NCBI GenBank assembly: GCA_964593675.1 | Contig: CAZQIE010000005.1 | Location: forward strand, 4,994 to 68,993 | Source of the DNA: an uncultured Opitutales bacterium | GTDB lineage: Bacteria; Verrucomicrobiota; Verrucomicrobiia; Opitutales; CAZQIE01 | DNA: 64,000 bases | Reading direction: 5' to 3' | In this document: in pieces, positions 20,320-29,428 of the stretch | Position numbering within the stretch: position 1 is the stretch's first letter | Layout of the letters: each line of letters opens with the position of its first letter | The notes under the pieces: generated by a model | Databases searched by the model: none | Told to the model about the DNA's origin: nothing | Seen by the model: only the letters and a program-made list of their open reading frames with translations | Position numbers and translations under genes: made by a program

Positions 20320-21978
20320 ATGAGTTCCATGTTCTGTTACCAGTGTGAGCAAACCGCCCAGCGCACGGGCTGCACCGCCATGGGCGTGTGCGGGAAAAAT
20401 CCCGAAACCGCAGCCTTGCAGGACTTGCTCCTCCACGTGTTGAAGGGCATCTCCGGGTATGCGCATGCGGCCTCGCAGGCGGGCGCACGGTCCCGGGAGC
20501 TGGAGCTCTTTGCGCTCGAAGCCCTGTTCACCACGGTTACCAACGTCAATTTCGATCCGGCCCGCCTGCATCACCAGATCCTCCAGGCAGCCCAACACCT
20601 CGATACGGCACGCCGCCTCTACCTCGGGCACCGCAAGCCAGGGACGCCCTCACCCGAAGATATTAATCACGCGACGCGGTGGACGCCCTCGGCGGATCTG
20701 GACGACCTTATCCGGCAGGGTGAGGCGGTGGGCATTGAAGGGCGTCTCGAGAAGGCGTCCCCGGACATTGTCGCGCTGCAAGAGCTCCTGACCTACGGGC
20801 TCAAAGGCATGGCAGCGTATGCGTGGCATGCAACCGATATGGACGAGGACATGGGCGACGCGGCCTTGTTCATCTTCGAGGCCCTTAACGCACTCGCGCC
20901 TGGCCAGGCACCTTCCGCGGACGCTCTTCTCGACCTGTGCCTGCGCTGTGGTGCGGCAAACTTCAAGGTCATCGAGCGCCTTGATGCCGGACACACCCGG
21001 GTGCTCGGCCATCCCGTTCCCACGCAAGTGCGCCTCGATCCCGTCCCCGGCCATTGCATCCTCGTTTCCGGCCACAACCTCGCGGACCTCGAGGCCCTGC
21101 TCCGTCAAACCGAAGGCACGGGCATAAACATTTACACCCACGGTGAAATGCTTCCCGCGCACGGCTACCCGGGCCTCAAAAAATACCCGCACCTCGTCGG
21201 CCATTACGGCGGCGCGTGGCAGGACCAGGCCCGCGACTTCGATCGGTTCCCCGGGGCGATCCTGATGACCACGAATTGCATCCAGCTCCCGAAGCACAGC
21301 TATTTCCAGCGCATCTTCACAAGCGGGCTCGTGGCGTGGCCCGGCGTGCGCCACCTGACCGGCAGGAACTTCGCTCCCGTAATCAAGACAGCACAGCGCA
21401 GCACCGGGTTTACGGAGACCGGCCCCGGCAAGACGCTTACGCTCGGCTTCGGTCACAACGCCGTCCTTAGCGTCGCGGACACGGTGATCAACGCGGTGAA
21501 ATCCGGTGCGATCCGGCACTTCTTCGTCGTCGGCGGATGCGATGGCGCAAAATCCGGACGCAACTATTACACCGATTTCACAAACCAAGTGCCGAAGGAC
21601 TGCGTCATCCTCACGCTCGGCTGCGGCAAGTTCCGCTTCAACCGGAACGAGTTCGGGACCATCGGCGGCATACCGCGGCTGCTCGACTGCGGCCAATGCA
21701 ACGACGCGTATTCCGCCATCAAGATCGCCATCGAACTCGCCAAGACCTTCAACTGCGGCGTAAACGATCTTCCGCTCTCACTTAATATTTCGTGGTATGA
21801 GCAAAAGGCCGTGGCCGTCCTCCTCACTCTGCTGCATCTGGGGGTGAAGAACATCCGGCTTGGGCCCACCCTGCCCGCCTTCGCCACCCCCGCGATCGCG
21901 CAAATCCTGAAGGACAAGTTTAACCTCCAACCGATCACCGACGTGGCAACGGACCTCCAGTCCTGCCTGTCGCGCTAG
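20320..21978 (+). CDS. hcp: Hybrid cluster protein (hydroxylamine/NO reductase)
   Basis: N-terminal MFCYQCEQ…GC…GVCGK cubane motif, plus YTHGEMLPAH, GGCDG, LTLGCGK, DCGQCNDAYSA and SWYEQKAV. Confidence 0.97.
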   Translation: MSSMFCYQCEQTAQRTGCTAMGVCGKNPETAALQDLLLHVLKGISGYAHAASQAGARSRELELFALEALFTTVTNVNFDPARLHHQILQAAQHLDTARRLYLGHRKPGTPSPEDINHATRWTPSADLDDLIRQGEAVGIEGRLEKASPDIVALQELLTYGLKGMAAYAWHATDMDEDMGDAALFIFEALNALAPGQAPSADALLDLCLRCGAANFKVIERLDAGHTRVLGHPVPTQVRLDPVPGHCILVSGHNLADLEALLRQTEGTGINIYTHGEMLPAHGYPGLKKYPHLVGHYGGAWQDQARDFDRFPGAILMTTNCIQLPKHSYFQRIFTSGLVAWPGVRHLTGRNFAPVIKTAQRSTGFTETGPGKTLTLGFGHNAVLSVADTVINAVKSGAIRHFFVVGGCDGAKSGRNYYTDFTNQVPKDCVILTLGCGKFRFNRNEFGTIGGIPRLLDCGQCNDAYSAIKIAIELAKTFNCGVNDLPLSLNISWYEQKAVAVLLTLLHLGVKNIRLGPTLPAFATPAIAQILKDKFNLQPITDVATDLQSCLSR

Positions 21979-22161
21979 CCCCACCAGAGCCTCGTTCTAC
22001 TGGGGCCCACGGCGGGGCGACACAGCTTCGCCGTGGGTCTCCGGTCTTCGAGCCGCTTCAAAGTAACCCTCGGTGCGCCCGCAGGCGTATAAAGCAGCAA
22101 AAAGGCCAAAAAAGGCCTTGATAAATTTTTGGGAGGCTTTTTAGTGAACCTCTTTTCCGAG

Positions 22162-22476
22162 ATGAAAGCGACGATCAAGACACAGGGCAGACAGTTTACC
22201 GTCCAGGAAGGCGATATCCTCATTGTCAACCGTTTCCCGAACAGCAACGAGGGCGACGTGTTGGACATCAAGGATGTGCTCATGGTCGGCGAAGGCGCGG
22301 CTGCCCGCATTGGTACCCCGACGGTTTCGGGTGCTTCCGTAAAGGCCAAAGTGCTCGAAAACAAGCGCGGCCAGAAGGTTGTCATCTTCAAGAAGAAGGT
22401 CCGCAAGGGCTACCAGCGTCGTCGCGGTCACCGGCAGGAACTGTCGGTCATCAAGATCGAGTCCATCAGCGCCTAA
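22162..22476 (+). CDS. rplU: 50S ribosomal protein L21
   Basis: [18 protein letters not shown]…[21 protein letters not shown]; directly upstream of rpmA. Confidence 0.97.
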   Translation: MKATIKTQGRQFTVQEGDILIVNRFPNSNEGDVLDIKDVLMVGEGAAARIGTPTVSGASVKAKVLENKRGQKVVIFKKKVRKGYQRRRGHRQELSVIKIESISA

Positions 22477-22502
22477 GGCGAATCTAGAAATAAGCTTCGG
22501 TC

Positions 22503-22745
22503 ATGGCACACAAGAAAGGTCAGGGAACATCTCGCAACGGGCGTGACAGCCACGCACAGCGCCTCGGCGTGAAGCGCTATGGTGGGGAGTCTGTGCTCTC
22601 CGGCACGATCCTCCTGCGTCAGCGCGGCACCAAGATGCGCGCCGGCGACAATGTTGGCATGGGGCGTGACTTCACGCTCTTCGCGCTCAAGGACGGCATC
22701 GTCCGTTGGGACGCGGAACACCGCATGGTCTCCATCGAGGCGTAA
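22503..22745 (+). CDS. rpmA: 50S ribosomal protein L27
   Basis: [28 protein letters not shown]…ILLRQRGTK. Confidence 0.98.
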   Translation: MAHKKGQGTSRNGRDSHAQRLGVKRYGGESVLSGTILLRQRGTKMRAGDNVGMGRDFTLFALKDGIVRWDAEHRMVSIEA

Positions 22746-22768
22746 AGCCTTCGGAAACTCTGTTTCCC

Positions 22769-22802
22769 AAAAAAGCCCGGACGCTTGTCCGGGCTTTTTT
22801 TT
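22769..22802. terminator. Bidirectional intrinsic terminator
   Basis: aaaaaagcccggac-gctt-gtccgggctttttttt between convergent rpmA and the Gfo/Idh/MocA gene. Confidence 0.88.
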
Positions 22803-22855
22803 GCATACGAGCTCCGTATTGAGCCGCACACGGGGCACACGCCGGCACCTGAAGG

Positions 22856-23902
22856 TTACAAGGCTGCCGAATCCTCCGGTTGGGAAAGGGGATGGTGGGC
22901 GTTCCAAGAATCCCAGACCTGTTGCGTAAAGCGCATGTAGCGCACGCCCTCGCTAAAGGGCGTAAGGCGTACCGGAGCCCCGGTGCGTATGCTGTCGATA
23001 AAATCCGCCTCCACCCGCCAGCCACGCAGCTCCGCCGGCACCACTTCGCGTGTCATTCCGCTGGCGTTGTCGGAGATAAAGAGCTGGCCTTTCGCGACAT
23101 CGAAGCGCAGGCAGCCGCGCGAGCCATTTAGCCGTATCTCGCTACGCCCGCCGCCGGCCTCCAGTGCGCTGAAATGGTACACCACTCGGGCTCCCAACGG
23201 GAGGCGGGCCAACACCGTCAGAGTCTCCGGGATGTCAGGTGCCACGAGTTTCCCAAAACGGTCCGCACGTACAGGCGTGAACCGGGCGGCATCCGCGGCC
23301 ACGAGAAGGGGATCCTGATCGAGCCAGCGCAGGACGATCTCATGGAAAATGCCGAACGCGAGGGTGTTCACCCCGCTCTGCGCGCGCACGTGGCGGAAAG
23401 ACAACGGCGCGGCCGCATTGGCCCCGCTGCCCTCCGTGTGGACGACAAAGACCTCACGCAGGTCCCCCAGAGCGCCCGATGCCAAGACCTCCCGGACGCT
23501 CTCGTCAAAGTCCAGCGAGAACGGCGCCGGAACGATCTGGGCGACCAGGTGGGGGCGCCTCCGGGCCTCCTCAAGCATCGCCTCGGCCTCAACGAGGTTT
23601 GCCGCCATGCGGGCCTCCGTGAGCACATGCTTGCCTGCGCGCAGCGCCGCAATCGTAGCTTCGGCGTGCAGGAAGGGCGGCGTGCCGATGCACACAGCGT
23701 CCACCTCCGGGTCTTCCACGACAGCACACCAGTCCGGAGCCGTGCGCTTGATCCCAAATTCCCGCGCGACGCGCGCGGATGACTCCGCCGTGCTATTGCA
23801 GACAGTTTCGAGCCGGACGCCAGGGAGCCGCTGAAAACCCGGGAGGTGCCGGACACACGTGTTGTTGCCCGCTCCAATGAAGCCAATGCGAAGGTCGCGC
23901 AT
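22856..23902 (-). CDS. Gfo/Idh/MocA family oxidoreductase
   Basis: RIGFIGAG Rossmann motif, DAVCIGTPPFLH, GKHVLTEARMA. Start at ATG 23902. Confidence 0.9.
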   Translation of the reverse strand: MRDLRIGFIGAGNNTCVRHLPGFQRLPGVRLETVCNSTAESSARVAREFGIKRTAPDWCAVVEDPEVDAVCIGTPPFLHAEATIAALRAGKHVLTEARMAANLVEAEAMLEEARRRPHLVAQIVPAPFSLDFDESVREVLASGALGDLREVFVVHTEGSGANAAAPLSFRHVRAQSGVNTLAFGIFHEIVLRWLDQDPLLVAADAARFTPVRADRFGKLVAPDIPETLTVLARLPLGARVVYHFSALEAGGGRSEIRLNGSRGCLRFDVAKGQLFISDNASGMTREVVPAELRGWRVEADFIDSIRTGAPVRLTPFSEGVRYMRFTQQVWDSWNAHHPLSQPEDSAAL

Positions 23903-24002
23903 GAAACCACAGTGTGTCGCAAGGAAGCGCCCCGGCAAGCACCGCCCACGCCCGCTTCAGGTTCGACCCGTTTCAGCCCACGCTTTATTGGTCTTTCATC
24001 CT

Positions 24003-25556
24003 ATGCCTCAACCGCACGAGAACGTTATCCCGGAGGCGCCACTTGTCGCGCTGGAAGACGTGTGCGTACACCTTGCGGGAAGGCTCGTGCTGGAGCGCGT
24101 GTCCTGGAACGTCCGCCCTGGCGAACGCTGGAGCATAACGGGCGGCAATGGCGCCGGCAAAAGCACGTTGTTGAAGGTCGCGGCGGGCTTGCTTTGGCCT
24201 GACGCCGGTTGCGGCCTGCGCCAGTTCTGCCTGCCCGGAAGTTCCCCAACGGAAAGCCCACTCGAGCTTCGCCCCAACCTGACCTGGGTATCCCCCGAGG
24301 ACCACCAGCGGCGCGTGCGTTGCGCCCACGGCTTGCCGGCGGGTGACGTCATTCTCAGCGGTTGGGCAGGCGGGGATTTTCCGCCGCGACGCGTGACGTC
24401 CCAAATGCGGGCACGCGTCGCCGCCCTTGCTGAGGGGTTTGGACTGACAGGCGTCCTTGGACTCCGATTCGAAAGGCTTTCTCACGGCGAACAGCGGCGC
24501 GCCCTCCTGGCCCGCGCCTTTCTAAAGCCGCCCCTGCTGCTCGTCCTCGACGAGCCCCTTCAGGGCCTCGACGCCGCAAACCGCGGAGCCGCTCTGGGGG
24601 CACTGAGCGCGCTTCTGCGGGAAACACCATCCCTCGCCCTTTGCCTCGCCACTCACCGTCCCGAGGAGGAGTGCCCGGCTGGCATGACGCACCACTTACG
24701 TCTGGAAGCCGGTAAGACGTTCGAGCGCCACCCCGCCCAGCCACAGGCCCCAAATGGCGCATGCTTTAAACCGGACAGGGAGTGCCGGGAAACCGGGGCG
24801 CTGCGCACACGCTCGGACGCGGCATCCCAAGGCGCCTCAATCATCACCCTGCGCAACGTCTCGGTGTTTTCGCCGGACCTTGAAGGCTCCCCTCCCCTGC
24901 TGCGCGACATCAACTGGGATTTCCTCGAAGGTGAACACTGGGCGGTGTCCGGGCCCAGCGGCGCCGGTAAGTCCACGCTTCTCCGGCTGCTCTACGGCGA
25001 GCTGCACGCGGCGCGGGGCGGCAAAGTCCTGCGTTTCGGGAAGACGCTTCGCGAACTGCCAATGCCACGCCTGCGTAAGCTTGTGAGCATGGTTAGCCCG
25101 GACATCCAGATCCGATACCGCGCGAACGACCGCGTTGAAGCGGTCGTCGCCTCCGGGCTCTCCGCAAAGCTCAATGATCTCCCGATGCCTCGGGGCCAGG
25201 CACTCCTGCGCGCAAGGGCGCAGCTTGAAGCGCTCAGCCTGGGCGATCTCGAGGGACGCACCTTGCAGACGCTCTCCTACGGGCAGGCGAGACTCGTCCT
25301 CCTTGCACGCGCACTCATCGCCGAGCCCCGTCTCCTCCTGCTCGATGAGCCTTTTGACGGGCTGGCGCCCGCCGCTCGCCTGGCGTTCTCCCGGCACCTC
25401 GACGCTCTTGCCTCGCGCAAACACCTGCACCTTCTGGTCGTCACTCACCATCCGGAAGACCTGCCTCAGGCAATCAACCGCGTGCTAAGAATTGAGGCGG
25501 GCCGGATCGCGGGCTCAGGCGCGCCTGACCCTTGTAACCGTCGCCGGAGGGAATAA
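24003..25556 (+). CDS. Tandem-domain ABC ATPase, ModF-like
   Basis: Two Walker A motifs (GGNGAGKS, GPSGAGKS), LSHGEQ and LSYGQA signatures, two LDEP Walker B motifs, no TM segment. Start is approximate. Confidence 0.85.
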   Translation: MPQPHENVIPEAPLVALEDVCVHLAGRLVLERVSWNVRPGERWSITGGNGAGKSTLLKVAAGLLWPDAGCGLRQFCLPGSSPTESPLELRPNLTWVSPEDHQRRVRCAHGLPAGDVILSGWAGGDFPPRRVTSQMRARVAALAEGFGLTGVLGLRFERLSHGEQRRALLARAFLKPPLLLVLDEPLQGLDAANRGAALGALSALLRETPSLALCLATHRPEEECPAGMTHHLRLEAGKTFERHPAQPQAPNGACFKPDRECRETGALRTRSDAASQGASIITLRNVSVFSPDLEGSPPLLRDINWDFLEGEHWAVSGPSGAGKSTLLRLLYGELHAARGGKVLRFGKTLRELPMPRLRKLVSMVSPDIQIRYRANDRVEAVVASGLSAKLNDLPMPRGQALLRARAQLEALSLGDLEGRTLQTLSYGQARLVLLARALIAEPRLLLLDEPFDGLAPAARLAFSRHLDALASRKHLHLLVVTHHPEDLPQAINRVLRIEAGRIAGSGAPDPCNRRRRE

Positions 25557-25637
25557 ACCTTGACTCCCCTGCCTTTTGGGGCGACTTGTCTACTTTCCGT
25601 TAAAAGTCATAGAAAGGACGAGTTAGATATTTTTGGT

Positions 25638-25904
25638 ATGCCGGACGACGCGATAGAAGTAGAAGGTAAGATCGTAGCAGTGCTGCCGGGGACGATGTTC
25701 CGGGTGGAGCTGCCGAACAAGCATCAGGTGCTTGCCCATATTTCGGGCAAACTGCGCAAGAACTTCATCAAGATCACCGTGGGAGACATGGTGAAGATGG
25801 AGATGAGCCCTTACGACCTGAACAAGGCGCGCATTACGTACCGCCTGCGCAACGCCACCGTGGCCCGCAACGCGCCGATCCGTAGCTACGGCCCCCGCCG
25901 GTAA
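25638..25904 (+). CDS. infA: Translation initiation factor IF-1
   Basis: [64 protein letters not shown]. Confidence 0.96.
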   Translation: MPDDAIEVEGKIVAVLPGTMFRVELPNKHQVLAHISGKLRKNFIKITVGDMVKMEMSPYDLNKARITYRLRNATVARNAPIRSYGPRR

Positions 25905-25933
25905 AGCCCGGAGGTGAGGTTGTTTTCCTTACT

Positions 25934-25967
25934 CGCGTCGCTGGCTTTCTGTCGGTGACGCGTTTTT
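25934..25967 (+). terminator. Possible terminator after infA
   Basis: cgcgtcgc/gtgacgcg stem (one G-T pair) followed by ttttt; the loop is long. Confidence 0.4.
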
Positions 25968-25974
25968 GTTGCCC

Positions 25975-27069
25975 ATGCGTTTCTCTAGCCCCCCGTGGAA
26001 GCGCTGCGTCGTGGTGGCATTGGCCTTGTGCCTCATTGGCCTAGTCCTTGGCTCCGCCGGCATTGGTTCCGTGCGCATACCTCTCGATGAAGCCCTGCGC
26101 ATCCTGGGGAGCCGTGTGGGCATATTGGAAGCAGGAGGCGGGACGACCGTTGGAGCAAGCGGCAACCTCGCCTCTGGCATAGACCCGGCGCATGAAGTAA
26201 TCCTCGTGGACCTGCGCATGCCACGGGTGCTCATGGCTGCGCTGGCTGGCGCGGCACTTGCCCTCGCGGGAGCCGGCATGCAAGGCCTGTTTAGAAACCC
26301 GCTTGCCGACCCGAGCCTCATCGGCGTGTCCGCCGGGGCCGCAATGGGCGCCGTAACCGCCGCGGTTCTCCAGATCCCGTTGGCCGGCCTCGCCGCGTTC
26401 TTCGGCCCCTTCTGGTTGCCGGTTGCTGCCTTTACGGGAGGCTTGGCCACGACCGCGCTTGTCCACCGCATCTCAAAAGTCGAGGGGCGGACACCCGTCA
26501 CCACGCTGCTTCTAACGGGTATCGCCGTGAACGCGCTCGCGGGCGCCTTCATCGGCTTCATGACGTACCTTTCAACCAATGCCCAGTTGAGGGACTTCGC
26601 CTTCTGGTCGCTCGGAAGCCTGGCCGGGGCAACGTGGCAGCTCCTTGGCGCGGTCGCCCTGGTCGCGCTGGTTCCATCCGTCCTCTTCATGCGCCTGGCC
26701 CGGCCTCTCAACGCCCTGCTCCTCGGCGAAGCCGAGGCCCACCACCTCGGGGTGAACCTGGAGCGCACGCGCCTGCTCGTGGTCTTCCTCGGCGCCGCGC
26801 TGGTGGGCGCTTCCGTCGCGGCCTGTGGCATCATCAGCTTTGTGGGCCTCGTGGTGCCCCACCTCGTCCGCCTCGTTATCGGCCCCGATCACCGCTACCT
26901 GTTTCCCGCCTCAGCCTTGCTCGGCGGCATGCTGCTTGTCGTCGCCGACGTGTTTGCGCGGACGGTCGTCGCCCCTGCCGAGCTTCCCGTGGGCATCGTG
27001 ACCGCCCTCTTTGGCGCCCCGTTCTTCCTCGGTCTCCTTCACCTTTCGCGGAAAGGGGTGGCAGCGTGA
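25975..27069 (+). CDS. hmuU: FecCD/HmuU-family heme/iron-chelate ABC permease
   Basis: LRMPRVLMAAL.GAALALAGAGMQGLFRNPLADP, LLGEAEAHHLG, FVGLVVPH, ELPVGIVTALFGAPFF. Confidence 0.85.
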   Translation: MRFSSPPWKRCVVVALALCLIGLVLGSAGIGSVRIPLDEALRILGSRVGILEAGGGTTVGASGNLASGIDPAHEVILVDLRMPRVLMAALAGAALALAGAGMQGLFRNPLADPSLIGVSAGAAMGAVTAAVLQIPLAGLAAFFGPFWLPVAAFTGGLATTALVHRISKVEGRTPVTTLLLTGIAVNALAGAFIGFMTYLSTNAQLRDFAFWSLGSLAGATWQLLGAVALVALVPSVLFMRLARPLNALLLGEAEAHHLGVNLERTRLLVVFLGAALVGASVAACGIISFVGLVVPHLVRLVIGPDHRYLFPASALLGGMLLVVADVFARTVVAPAELPVGIVTALFGAPFFLGLLHLSRKGVAA

Positions 27070-27881
27070 AAGAGCCCTGCTCAAGCCCAACGGCCCTTCA
27101 GGCCCAGGAGCTCGTCTTCCGCTGGAAACGGGGTGACAAGCCGATCCTCGACGCGCTCTCCTTCGAGCTCCCCAAGGGGGCGCTCACCGTCCTCGTGGGT
27201 CCAAACGGCGCGGGCAAGTCCACGCTTCTGAAGATCCTGACGGGCGAAATTCGCCCTGAAAGCGGCTCGGTGCTCGTGGCCGGCAAGCCGCTTGGGGACT
27301 GGCCGCAAGCCGAGTTATCCCGCGTGCGCGGCGTACTCCCGCAGGAATCGACACTCCAGTTCGACTTCCGCGTGCACGAGGTAGTGATGCTGGGCCGTAT
27401 GCCGCACCTGCAAGGCGCGGAAACGGCGAGGGATGGCGAGATCGTGCGGGAAGCCTTGGCTGCGGTAGATATGACGGGGTTCTCGGACCGCCTCTACCCC
27501 ACCCTCTCGGGCGGCGAGAAGCAACGCGTGCAGCTCGCCCGCGTCCTCGCACAGATCTGGGAGCCCTGCGGCCCCGTGCGCTGCCTCTTTTTGGACGAAC
27601 CGACCTCGAGCCTCGACCTCGCACACCAGCACGCCACGCTCGCGCTCGCACGCACGCTTGCGGGGAAGGGCGCCGCCGTGTTCGCCATACTGCACGACCT
27701 CAATCTCGCTGCCGCCTACGCAGATCGCATCCTCATGCTGCACAGGGGCGTCGTCGCGGCAGCCGGGTCCCCTTGGGAAACATTGACCCCCGGAAATATC
27801 CAGTCCGTGTTCAACGTGGCTGCCCACGTGCAACCCCATCCCCTGCTCCCCTGCCCGCTCGTGAGCACCCTGCCCAAGTGA
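27066..27881 (+). CDS. hmuV: Heme ABC transporter ATP-binding protein
   Basis: GTG start overlaps the hmuU stop (GTGA). GPNGAGKST, LSGGEKQRVQLARVLAQIW, LFLDEPTSSLDLAHQH. Confidence 0.88.
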   Translation: MKEPCSSPTALQAQELVFRWKRGDKPILDALSFELPKGALTVLVGPNGAGKSTLLKILTGEIRPESGSVLVAGKPLGDWPQAELSRVRGVLPQESTLQFDFRVHEVVMLGRMPHLQGAETARDGEIVREALAAVDMTGFSDRLYPTLSGGEKQRVQLARVLAQIWEPCGPVRCLFLDEPTSSLDLAHQHATLALARTLAGKGAAVFAILHDLNLAAAYADRILMLHRGVVAAAGSPWETLTPGNIQSVFNVAAHVQPHPLLPCPLVSTLPK

Positions 27882-27975
27882 CCCCGTTACGCCGGTTGCC
27901 GCGCACGGACAGCCCCCTTCAGGCCGCTTGCTTCGGCCGGTAACCGGAACATTCTGACAGGTGCAAGCGCCGCCA

Positions 27976-28605
27976 ATGAATCCGCAGGAACTGGCCACCT
28001 TTCTCCAATACAGCGACCTCATGGGCGTGCTAGTGTTCGGCATGAGCGGCGCGCTCGCAGCCGCACGCAAGGGCATGGATCCCTTCGGCATGTTCGTCCT
28101 CGCCAGCGTAACGGCCGTCGGTGGCGGCACGACGCGCTCCGTTCTCATCGGCGACTTCCCTGTGCCGTTCCTGAGAGACCCGCGCTACGTCCTGATCTGC
28201 GTGGCCGCAACGGTCCTCACGATCGTCACGCGCCGATACTGGAAGAAGCTCGAACAACCCATTCGCGTGTTGGACGCCCTCGGCCTCGGTGTCGTCACAA
28301 TCATCGGCATTGCCGTGTCCCTCGGAAAAGGGCTGCCCGCGTGGCCAAGCCTGCTCATGGGCGTGACCACCGGCATATTCGGCGGCATACTCCGCGACGT
28401 CCTGCGCGCCGAAATCCCGTTTGTTTTCAGGGAAGAGATCTACGCCCTGGCCGCCTTCGCAGGCGGCGCACTCTACCTGTGTATCCGCGAGATCGGCGCC
28501 CCCGAAGGCACTGCCGTCGCGCTGGGCGTGACAACCGTCATCCTGATCCGCCTTCTGGCGATGCGCTTCAAGCTGTCGCTCCCAAAAATAGGCGATAACG
28601 CCTAA
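27976..28605 (+). CDS. Trimeric intracellular cation channel family (UPF0126) membrane protein
   Basis: Duplicated motifs SGALAA…D.FG…VTAVGGGTTR and LDALGLG…TGIFGGILRDVL…EIP. Confidence 0.9.
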   Translation: MNPQELATFLQYSDLMGVLVFGMSGALAAARKGMDPFGMFVLASVTAVGGGTTRSVLIGDFPVPFLRDPRYVLICVAATVLTIVTRRYWKKLEQPIRVLDALGLGVVTIIGIAVSLGKGLPAWPSLLMGVTTGIFGGILRDVLRAEIPFVFREEIYALAAFAGGALYLCIREIGAPEGTAVALGVTTVILIRLLAMRFKLSLPKIGDNA

Positions 28606-28617
28606 AATCCGAGGCGC

Positions 28618-29334
28618 TCAGGCCCCGCGCCGCCGTCGCCCGAGCAAAGCCGCGCCAAGGCTGAGAACGCCGAAAGCGGCGGCATAGGTGGAGGGTTCAG
28701 GCACCGGTGAGCCTTGAAGGTAGAGGGCGTCTACGCGAAGCGTGGAGCTGTAGGCCTCGAGAAAGGTGAGCTTCAGGCGCGTGTCCCCCGGAGCAAGGTT
28801 GATGCTGCCACGGTTCGACCACCACGAGGTCGTCGAGTCGCCCGACCCGTTCCAGGCATCGCCGAGGCTCGGGAGGCTGCCAGCGCCGTACGGGCCTTGC
28901 ACAACCTGAAGATTCGACGGAATACCCGTCTCTATCTGGTAGTTCATGAGCGCCGTCGTGCTCGGCGACGTGGTCGCCGAAACAGCCAGATAAACGGTAT
29001 AGGCGCCAGCTGAGAGCCCGAGGCTGCTGAGGTTCCACGTCAACGCGGCATTGGTAACATGCCCAGCGCCCGGATCCTGGAAATAGTGGAAATTCGCGAA
29101 GTCGCCGCTTGTGCCCGTGTACGTTGCCGTGGCAAAGGCGTATCCAACGCTTGAATACTGGTTCGCTGCGGATGAACTGGCCTCGGCCTCAAGAAACGCG
29201 CCCGCATACTGGGTGGGATCCAGGCCGGACGGCAGGTTTGCCCGGATGGCTGCATGCGCCAGTGTGGCGCTGAAAAGGAATCCAAAGGCGGTTGCTAGGG
29301 TTACAGAAATGCCATCGAGTTTGGGTATGCTCAT
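28618..29334 (-). CDS. PEP-CTERM surface protein with a beta-sandwich (golvesin/Xly-CTD-like) domain
   Basis: Signal peptide; C-terminal PVPEPSTYAAAFGVLSLGAALLGRRRR. Domain call is a low-confidence pattern match. Confidence 0.85.
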   Translation of the reverse strand: MSIPKLDGISVTLATAFGFLFSATLAHAAIRANLPSGLDPTQYAGAFLEAEASSSAANQYSSVGYAFATATYTGTSGDFANFHYFQDPGAGHVTNAALTWNLSSLGLSAGAYTVYLAVSATTSPSTTALMNYQIETGIPSNLQVVQGPYGAGSLPSLGDAWNGSGDSTTSWWSNRGSINLAPGDTRLKLTFLEAYSSTLRVDALYLQGSPVPEPSTYAAAFGVLSLGAALLGRRRRGA

Positions 29335-29428
29335 TCGGGTAAGAGGGTTTCCCGAAGCATACTTTTAGATTGCGCATTCCTCCATAGGGACGCCGGATGA
29401 CCGAAGCGAAGTGGAAACCACGAGGCTG

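Noticed and set aside
10120-20320. Integrative element with att sites at tRNA-Gly
   Set aside because: No integrase or transposase, and no repeat of the tRNA 3' end found by eye near the far boundary.
26634-27065. N-terminal extension of the HmuV ORF
   Set aside because: Lies inside hmuU; a coupled GTGA start at 27066 is more plausible.
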